The notes under the pieces are model-generated. The model did no database searches. It was not told where the DNA came from and saw only the letters and a list, made by a program, of their open reading frames with translations. From NCBI GenBank assembly GCA_001179505.1, contig CDMY01000616.1, positions 1-42,127 on the forward strand: a DNA stretch of 42,127 bases. The letters are read 5' to 3'. The stretch is from Vitrella brassicaformis CCMP3155. Its lineage: Eukaryota; Protista; Chromerida. Both the position numbers and the translations under genes were made by a program. Each line of letters starts with the position of its first letter. Within the stretch, counting starts at the first letter, position 1. Of this stretch, positions 33,627-42,127 are shown piece after piece.

Positions 33627-36520
33627 ATGTCGGATCTGACTCATCCCGCTGCTGATCTCAAGTGCCTCAAGTGCGGATCTGTTGGCCGGCGAGTCACATG
33701 CCAGCTGTGCGGCGAGATGCTCTACTGCTCAACACGCTGCCTTCGTGAAAATGAAGACGACCATGGGGAGCCGTGTGAGCTCTTCCGCACTCTGGTGAGG
33801 CCGGCCTTCGCCAACACCAACGTCGCCCGGCTGTTTATCGGGTTCCTGGAGATGACCGACTTCCATACCTGTCAGCTAGAGCGCGAGAAGGCTGCCATCG
33901 AGAAGTGCCTCACTAGCGTGAACGGCACAGGGGAGGCCTGTGGTGATCCGACCATTGCTGCAGCTGCATCTGCCGAGATCTCTGAGCCACAGGCTGGCGA
34001 AGTTGATCTGACATTGCGAGGGGCTGCTTTCGGCTCTTGCTTTGGCTTTCACGCTTGCGTGGTGGACGCGACATTCGGAGGCGGTGCAGGTGTTTCTGAG
34101 CTCCCGGCTCTTCGTTTTGTGCCCGTCCTTGACAAGGTCCCCCGTGTGGACTTGCTGCTGCAGTCGCTCGCCAAGGCGGCTGTGCGTGACCTGCAACGGG
34201 CCAAGCTGACGGTTCGGTTCGTCGCTTTCGACCCGCACTTTGAGCCCCAGAACCATTCGCGTCCCTACACACTGGACGGCGTGCCGGTCTTCTCCACCCC
34301 TGACGCCTGCCTGTTGTCTGCCTTGTTCCGCAGCGTTTCCAAGTCCTTCCCGCTCGACAAGTACACCGTGCCGGCGACAGCCTTCCTCAACTGCCCCCCC
34401 AGCTTTGCCGCCTCCATTGGGGCTGTTAAGTGGCCCCGCTTTGTGCGCCATGCGACAGCTGGTCTCCTGGTGCCTTCGCCAGGCGAGCAGTGGGTGGAGG
34501 ATTGGGTGCGGCGCTGTTTGTGGCAGCGACGGATGGACCTAGCGGTGCTGCTTGACGCCAAGGTTGACCAGGACATGGGCAAGCTCAAGGTAGGTAGGGA
34601 AGGAGAGGGCAAAAGAGGGAGGGGCCACCAACTGATATGAACGGCGTGTGTGTCCATTGATTTGCCCGTCTGTCTGCAGAGCAAGGGCAAGGCGATCGAT
34701 GAAAGCGTGCTGGTGGAGCAGCAGCTGGCCCGCCTGCAGAAGGACACTGTGGCCGACTTCATGCGCATCCTCGAGAGGCTCAGGACCGCCGAGCCCATGG
34801 ACATCCATGCCGTCCTCTACGGCACCAATCGACCACTCGGTAGGGCGGCTGCACTCACATGACACAACGTCTCTGACTCACACACAGCGAGGGTGGGTTC
34901 TGCGCCTTCTCGCCATCAGATGCTTCCTTTGCCAGCGGCGACCCAGGTGCTGCTGCCGAGGATGAGCAGGCTGTGTGCGAGCGGCTGGAAGAGGAGATCC
35001 GCCAGGCCAGCGACATGGCTTCGGTCATCACTCGGCTCAAGGAGTTCGAGAAGTCGATTAAGAGCGCACTCGCCGTCAACGTGGGCAGACACACAGGCAG
35101 ATGGCTGGTGGATGGATGGATGGAAGGATGGATGACATACCGGTGTCCCCTGTCTGTGTGTGTGTGCAGGACAATCAGGACCTTTTGGTGCTGGTCTATC
35201 AGCTGGACGTGTATCTGTCCAAGAATGTCGACTTTTACCACTGGGCAGATCTGCTCAAAGTATGGTCCATCGACCCCGGCACAATCACTCACGCTCCGTC
35301 CAACTCCCTCCCTCTCTGCTGCCTGTGCGCCCGTGTCATTCAGGAAAGCACAGGCCTCTGGCGGCTCATCTGCCTCAAGGTCAAGCAGTTCCCTAACAAA
35401 AAGGTCAGCAACACACGTCACGTCACAAAAGGCCATCGACAGTTGGTTGGCGTCAGGGCTTCCTTGTGTGTGTGTGTGGTCAGGTCAAGGAAGAGGCGTG
35501 CAACTTCACCGACAGCATACTGGAGGGATTGGAGTGTGCCCAGCAGATCGCCAACGGCCCTGCACCAAAGGCAAGCTGCCACACAAGGGCGACGCAGACA
35601 GACAGGCAGACACGATACACAGCCACACTCCCTGTCTGTCTGTCTGTCTGTCTGTGTCTGCACACGTGTGTTGTAATGTGTGTGTCAGCGGCCCAAGGTG
35701 TTCCTGGATCTGAACAGCGTGGATGGCAATGGTGGCGAGAGAGTGCGGCGTGTGGTCATCACCCTCTTCACAGACGTCAACCCCAAGGCCGCCAACAACT
35801 TCAGGTGCTACTGCACCGGGGAGAAGGGCGTCGGCACGGAAGGATACCCACTGCACTACAAACGTACATTAGTGACCGATAACACACACACATGCACACA
35901 CAGAGACACACACACAGACAGGCGCTGGAGGAACTTGTGTGTCTTCCTTAAGGTACCATCATCGGCTATGCTGTCAAGGGAACCGACCTGGTGGGCGGCT
36001 ATCTGTCTGACGGCAACTGGACTCACATGACCGACAGCATCTATGGCATGTACCACAGCAAATGGGACCACCGCCGCTCGCTCGTCGCCCCCGGCCGGCC
36101 GGGCGTGGTGTCGCTCATCGGTGAAGCCCCGCCTTCCAAGCGGACCAAGGGCGTCCGCGACTATAAACGGCACGGTAATTACGTCAGTCATCACATGCGT
36201 CACTTTCATGTCAGTCACGTTTCTCATGCATCCCCTCATCCCATGCAGGTGGTCGGTTCCTCATCAGCGTCTCATCGGCCAACTCGGTTCATGTGTACGA
36301 CACGGTGGTCGGGGTCATCGAGGACATCCAGACCATCGCCCACCTGCACAGCATCTCCCTGCTGACCAGGGACGACAGCAGCGCCACCAAGGACAATGGC
36401 AAAGTGGCGACGGACTACGACATGCAGACGGGGCCTCTGTCCTCAACGCCGCCTCTCATTGCACCGGTCATCATCCAGGACTGCGGCCAGCTGCCCGACT
36501 CCGGTGCAATGACTGACTGA
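33627..36520 (+). CDS. zf-MYND protein fused to a C-terminal degenerate cyclophilin-like domain, about 9 exons
   Basis: N-terminus CLKC...CQLC...YCSTRC...H...C. C-terminus RPKVFLDL...[28 protein letters not shown]...PLHYK...SIYG...PGVVSL...RFLI...VIIQDCGQL. Every junction is phase-consistent; one uses a GC donor. Confidence 0.8.
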
Positions 36521-36896
36521 TTTCGCTGCCTGCCTGCCGGCCGGTCTGCCGCAGCCAGCAAAGGATGGACGGATTGGTGGATGGATGGGTCTGTTGATTG
36601 ATTGATGTGCATCTGTCTGGCTGTCTGCCTGTCTGTCTGGCAGTTGTGCAGTTGGTTAACTCATGTGTGGGATCCATGCATGGCGTGAGTGCGAAGGGCT
36701 GGACGTATAGAGTTGAGAATGTCTGTACACTGAGGTCTCTCGACAGACAGACTACATCACATCGAATGTGTGTGTAAGGACATCAAACAAGCGGCGCGTC
36801 CACACCGCACCCCGCAACTAGTCTCCAGCCATCTATATAACACACTACTCCTCCCTCCCTCACCCGCCTCTCCCTCAGCTGAACGCAGCCGTCCCT

Positions 36897-39419
36897 CTAT
36901 CGCTCCAGTGTAAGTCTGGTGTCATCGGCCCTGACCACGACAAATGGCGACCCGGCGGATGCCAGCGCCTCATCCACAGCGCCATTGGCAGACGCCAAGT
37001 AGGCCGGGAAGTGACGCAGCAGGCCGAAATGCGCATTCTGCATGAGAGCAGTGAGAACCTCGCTGATTTCCACCTTCTTGAGCTCTGGTGTGTTGTTGAT
37101 GACGTCCATGATGAAGTCCATCTGCACGTTGCCGAATCGGTCGTGGACGCAGTAGGGGGTGCTCAAGGTCAGTTGCTTGATAGGCGGGAGGCGGGCGGCG
37201 AGCTCGGGTGTCGCAAAGAGGTGGTAGATGGGGGACCTGTGCAACAGGCCCGCCCCGACCGCACCAGCTGGTGGAACGGGCCATGTGTTGGGGAAGAATG
37301 CCAGCACCAGCTCGTCCACATGGCCGCTGGCGTCAAGACACTCGAGTGTCAGCTGCGCGAGGAGGCCGGGGGCGGCCTCACGGGGCGGCGGCTGGCCCGT
37401 GCCGTAGCTTGTGTCGTATCGGCTGGGGAAATCCGTGAGCGTGACGGTGATCTTCTCGAGTTGTCCCTTGGTCGCCGCGAGCAGCTCCCTCACCCCGCCC
37501 TCTCTGAGCAGGTGGAAGGACGGGAACTTGAAGAGAACACGCTTGCTCAGGGAGGGGAAGCGGCTGTACGGGACCGCTGGGACCGACGGCAGCACGCCGC
37601 TGGTGACGGGAACGGCGACAGACTCATGAATGGTCAGCTCGGTCAGCGACTCGAACACGTAGTCGCCGAAGCTGCCGCGGGCAGCCGCCGATGCCGTGCT
37701 CGACACCGCCTTGACCTCCATTGACTCGGCCACCCGAGCCATCTCGCGGACGATCTTCTTGGGCAGCACGTCGGAGGCCGTCAGGGGGAGACGCAGCAGG
37801 TTGTCGTCAAATTCAGAGGGGACATAGACGAGCAGCTTGAAGGGCCGCTGGGTGGGCTGCCTGTCGGCCATCTCGCCACTCGCATCGTTGTCATCGTCAG
37901 CTCTGGAAACCATGTTGGGGAAGAGGGGCGCCCTCCTCCCACCGCCCACAGGCGGCTCGCATGCAGCTGCCGCACTCGAAAACGAAGGGGCCGCGCCGCT
38001 GCTGCCCGCCTGGTGGTGTGGCTGGCTGATCACGTTGGTCATGATATGGTCCTCCCACGATGCGATGGGGATGGCCGTCACGTGGGTGTCGGCAGCCGAT
38101 ACGCCCACACCGGCAAAGCGTTGGATGGCCGTGTCAAGGGCTCGCAGGCTGGTGAGAATACCATCCGGCTCCATGCCCTCCACAGCAAAGTACACGCCGA
38201 GTGTGTCGATGCGGCCGTTGCGTCCGATGGCCCCCTTGGTCTCCAGCACACTCAGCAGCGGCTGCCAGTCCGAGTCGTCCGTCGTCAGAAGGATGCAGCC
38301 GAGCGAGGTCAGGTTGGCCAGGGAGGGGGCGGCCGACAGAGCTGATGGCAGGTAGTGAAGAGGGAGGTTTATCATGTGCAGGTGGGTGAGGTGGGGCGAC
38401 GCCCCGATCCACCTCATGACGTACTGGGGCGCAATGAGAATGCTGACGAACGTCTTGAGGCTGGGAAGGGACCATCGCCGATCATAGGCCGTGCCTTGCC
38501 ACAGCGCCCCACTCATCACCACCTCCCTCGAGCTTGCCGAAGGTGACCCTCGGCGGCCCGGGGCTGCTGTAGACGTTGGGCAGGTCGACGGGCGAGACGG
38601 GCTCGATTGTCGTCTTGTCCTCAAATCGACACTTCTTGAGCGATGCCGCCGAACCCTCCAGCATCTTGGCGTACACCGCCCGATGGCCGCGGGCACGATG
38701 GCGCCCCTCCGTCACCTCCTCGTTGTCGCCCACTACTTGCGCCGGCTCATCGTCCTCTTCTCGCCCGTCGTCACTGGCGGTGTCGTCGCCCGGCTGGTCC
38801 TCATGCCCTCGCGAGTAGACCTCTTCGTCTGTGGCGATGGCGGCCGTCTGCAGGTGGGTCAGCCGGCTCCGCCGCTGCCGCAGGACGGCCCGCGATGCTC
38901 TGCGCCACAGCTTGTGGGTGGCGGGGGTGATGATCAGATGGCGGATGACGAACGGCGAACGGCACGTGTCCTGCATGGTCTTGTTGACGAGAGCCAGACG
39001 GACGGCCTCGAGTGTGGCCATGTGGTCACACACATGGGCCAGCTTCTCTGGCTGAACGCCGCACAGCGATGCATTGGGCGGTGGAGCAGCCTGCTCACAA
39101 CAGCAGACAGACAGACAGACAGGTTCTTATGTGTGCTGAGCTTGATGCTGTGTGACGACTTATATACCAGCTGTCGTTGTCTGATGATCTCATTGGCGAT
39201 GGCCTGAGTCTCGGGGCTGCTGAAATCTGGAACACACACACGCATCGACACAACAGCAACGCATCATGAACACATTTCACGGCACATCTGTGCACGTGGC
39301 GTGCCTGCCATCATCTCCCCTGTCGTTTGCTCATGGCGCTGCTGATGCTCTTGATCCGCCTTGTGTGAAGCAGCGGCAGGCCGCAGGAAGCGACGGATGT
39401 CAGCTTGGCGGCGGGGCAT
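36897..39419 (-). pseudogene. F-box-like/LRR-like protein of a Vitrella-type expanded family, with N-terminal PIP-box-like motif and one frameshift
   Basis: RQL|PEKLAHVCDHMATLEAVRLALVNK resembles an F-box. The frame switches at plus 38525-38527 from ...TFGKLE to EVVMSGALWQGTAYDRRWSLPSL, followed by a long Leu-rich repeat-like ORF to 36897. It could be a sequencing error. Confidence 0.65.
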
Positions 39420-39722
39420 GGTGGAATGAAGTGGCCGACAAAAGCAGCGGGCGGTACAGCAAAGCTCAATTGTGGCTAGAAAGGCAGGAAGCCTGAGGAA
39501 GTGCCGTCTGGGCAGGAAGATCGGGAGGCCCAGCACCACCTGAAAAGGCTGGCTGCTGAGGAAATGATGTGTCGCCCGCAGATGGATAACCTGGGCTATA
39601 GCCTTACAGCCTAATTGGTTTCAACAATCAGGCGACACACCACCTTCGGTGTATGGGGGCGGTCGCTCTTACCCGATATACGAGTGCCCATTGACGAGTG
39701 CCGGCACGGCAGCAACTACGCT

Positions 39723-41586
39723 ATGTCGAAACCTATTGACTATTCCAAGTGGAACCATCTGGATGACAGCAGCGATGACGAGGATCAAACTTGCCAACCG
39801 ACGTCCAAGACGCCAGGCAAGACGCCAGGCAGTCTGTCTGCCACTCACGTCGCCCAATGGACTCCCGGCGACGAATCACAGCCAACACGGCCCTCCACCA
39901 GCACCATATGCGGCCCTCCCGACACTCTCTGTCCCCCCGCGGCTCCCAGACTGACAGTCATCAGCCTCCGGCGTGCGCCACAGACCGTCGCGGCGTCCCG
40001 AAAGGCCAAGAAGGGCAAGACGCATTGCGGCGTACAAATGCCGATCACGTTCGAGGAGATGCCCGGGTGGATGGTGCGGAAGGATCCCGTCGCCCCTGAC
40101 GCAAGTGTCGAGGTCGAGAAGTGCATCGTGTGCCGCAAGCTGCCGCCGGCTGGGAGGGAGCACTTCATGGTGTGCAGCCGCTGTGTCCGGGAGGTCAGTC
40201 CGCATTACTGCGGCCAGGCGTGTTTGCGGCAGCACTTCGGCAGGGGACAGCACCTGCAGCACTTCTGCGAGACTGGGCGGTATCTGTACGACTCCATCCC
40301 TCTCCGTGGCAACTCGGCGGCCGTCAAGTATGTGCTGGGGTGGATGGACGAGGACACCTACATGAAGCTGCAGCGGCGGAAGCAGAAGGCGATTCTTGCC
40401 GAGATCGACAGCAACGGGGAGGCGGTGGTGAAGCTGACGGTGTGCGTCGAGAGCTACGGGACGAGCCGCGTCTACTGCGTCGTCTCGCTGACCAACGAGT
40501 CCCTCCCCGGACACGAAGACCGGACGCCGCCGCCTGACACGGGAGGGATGGTGTATCGCGAGCATGGCACCGTCATCTACTCGTCGTTCATCGTGGCCCC
40601 CGTCTCCACCGGTGGGCTGCTCCATCTGCAGCAGCTGAGCCCCGAGATGCGCGAGGTGATGCACGTCAAGGGCGTGGACGTGATGCAGAAGACGACTTAT
40701 GACCTGCTGAGCAGACAGCCGCCGCTCTTCCCCGCGCCATTGATCTGTGACACGGTCGACTCGGCCTTCTGGAGGGGGGAGAAATGCGCCCTGTCTGTGG
40801 ATGGAGAGGTCTTCCACTGGTACTTCCTGCCGCACGACGCACATGTGAGCGACACATGGGGAAGGAGAGAAACACAGACGGATGGGATTGATTGCTGCAT
40901 GTGGTGTGTGCAGGTGCTCACCACGTCGCTGAGGGACGCTGCAGGCCAGCTGTTTGGGCCGGTGGGGGAGGAAAGGATGACTGAGCTGCTTGCTGGCACA
41001 GCCGCCGCAATGTGCAAGCGGCTCATGGGCGTCAAGGCGTTCCTGAGTCGCGAGGAGTGGCGCAAGGCCATCGTGCAGGAGATCACCCAGAGGGCGGGCC
41101 TGCATGCCCTCTTCACACGGCTGTGCGGCCAACGCGCCACACAGGTGAGATCAGAGGAACAACACGAAGACACAGCACACAGTCACCTGTGGCTGAGTGA
41201 ACTCATCTCTCCCTCTCTCTCTGTGTGTGCAGAGGGATGTGTCGGTGGTCAGCGTCAAGACTGAGTACATCGAGACCGTACTCAGCCACATCGACGCCTT
41301 CCGCAAACAACTGGTCGACTATGCGAGAGACCTCAGGAGCCTCATCGGCACGGGCAACTCGCTCGCCGAGTTTGCCGACATGACCGCCGCCCAGATGCGG
41401 CAGATCGAGGAGGAGCTCTCGCGTGTAAGCTTTCCCCCTGCTATGGAGGAGAGAGTGGCCCGACACCGACAGCCGCTGCGCGACCCCTCGGTGCGCGAGA
41501 GGGTGGAGGGTGGGGTGGTGACGCTGGCGGATGGGAAACGAGTGACGGAGGCTGACCTGGCGCTGAGCGTACATGGGCTCATCTGA
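39723..41586 (+). CDS. MYND-like zinc-finger protein with Cdc37-like N-terminal motif, 3 exons
   Basis: MSKPIDYSKWNHLDDSSDDED and CIVC...CSRC...HYCGQAC...H...C. Two phase-0 GTGAG...CAG introns. Confidence 0.75.
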
Positions 41587-41866
41587 TCTCATCGGTGATC
41601 GTCTGATGGTATTTTTATCCATCTCTGTGGTTCGTGTGTGCACTGTCCTGCCGTGTCGTTTGTCGTCTGGTCTGCCTGGTGATCTTTATTTATCGTCGCC
41701 AATTGTCTGTGTGGCGTGATATGATGAGCGACTGGCGCGAGACGGTTTATGTGTTCGTGGAGCCGAGCAAATGGAAGACACGATGTGTATTTGACATAAA
41801 TTGATCACGAACACAGCAACGTAGTCGGGTCGCCATTGTCTGGATGCACTTGAAAAGCGAGTGAGC

Positions 41867-42127
41867 ATGCTTACAATCATCATGCTCGCACTCACTCGAG
41901 AGAGTAGAGCAGTAGACTTTAAGAAGTCGGAAACAGACCCGTCCGCTAATTGCTACGATTACCAGCGCGGCCAGTGTATTCAGCTTATATTTCGCCAGGG
42001 GACGCTCTCGTGTCCGCAGGCACGCACAAACCTGACGAGACACGGGCGGCATGCAATGTCTCTCATCACTTTTCCTTGCATACGCAGGGGTATGAGAGGA
42101 CGTCTGGCGAGGAGTGCGTCAGAGAGC
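41867..42127 (+). other. Partial inverted copy of the OWP gene 3' module in an open frame with a new N-terminus; runs off the window
   Basis: 41954-42127 is the reverse complement of 11881-12054 (174 bp, 7 substitutions, no indels). An in-frame ATG at 41867 gives MLTIIMLALTRESRAVD...NCYDYQRGQC...CPQ|GYERTSGEECVRE. Confidence 0.8.

Noticed and set aside
39227-39304. Fifth candidate GC-AG intron (CAG|GCACGC)
   Set aside because: A GT donor 9 nt downstream gives the same phase, so the GC donor is not required.
3100-39720. CCAAT/ATTGG boxes in several divergent spacers
   Set aside because: The 5-mer is too short and not present in all spacers, so it cannot be distinguished from chance by eye.
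8247-41586. Apparent chaperone cluster (prefoldin, cyclophilin-like, Cdc37-like motif, two MYND genes)
   Set aside because: The genes are scattered among unrelated ones, and functional clustering is not expected without co-expression evidence.
41830-41945. Minus-strand YCSTLSSECEHDDCKHAH resembling a MYND tail, and an imperfect bulged hairpin
   Set aside because: The upstream cysteines are missing, the spacing is wrong, and the plus strand has a better explanation. The hairpin arms are short.
1-42127. rRNA, tRNA, CRISPR arrays, transposase or reverse-transcriptase genes
   Set aside because: No such motifs or repeat-spacer structure were seen; small ncRNAs cannot be excluded without a covariance-model search.

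Overview
Gene-dense, GC-rich eukaryotic DNA with many short spliceosomal introns rich in (TG)n/(CA)n/(CTGT)n. The intron style and gene families (oocyst-wall-protein-like gene, lineage-type ankyrin, MORN and F-box families) point to a chromerid alveolate such as Vitrella brassicaformis; this is an inference. I modelled about 20 protein genes by hand from splice-phase consistency. Recognisable genes are TMEM18, an FHA/coiled-coil protein, prefoldin subunit 2, an OWP/COWP-like cyst-wall protein, a CCCH zinc-finger protein, endonuclease V and a GNAT acetyltransferase. Highlights: (1) a zf-MYND protein fused to a catalytically dead cyclophilin domain; (2) an intron-rich, secreted, bacterial-type S8/S53-like peptidase with degenerate catalytic motifs, head-to-head with the wall-protein gene; (3) a 4.4-kb two-gene membrane-protein cassette bracketed by ~340-bp direct repeats that duplicate the MORN/EndoV 3' junction; (4) an inverted partial copy of the wall-protein gene with a new signal-peptide-like N-terminus and only third-position exonic changes; (5) several GC-AG introns; (6) three frameshifted members of expanded families; (7) near-strict head-to-head gene pairing. 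I saw no rRNA, tRNA, CRISPR array or transposase. All homology calls come from motif recognition, not database searches.
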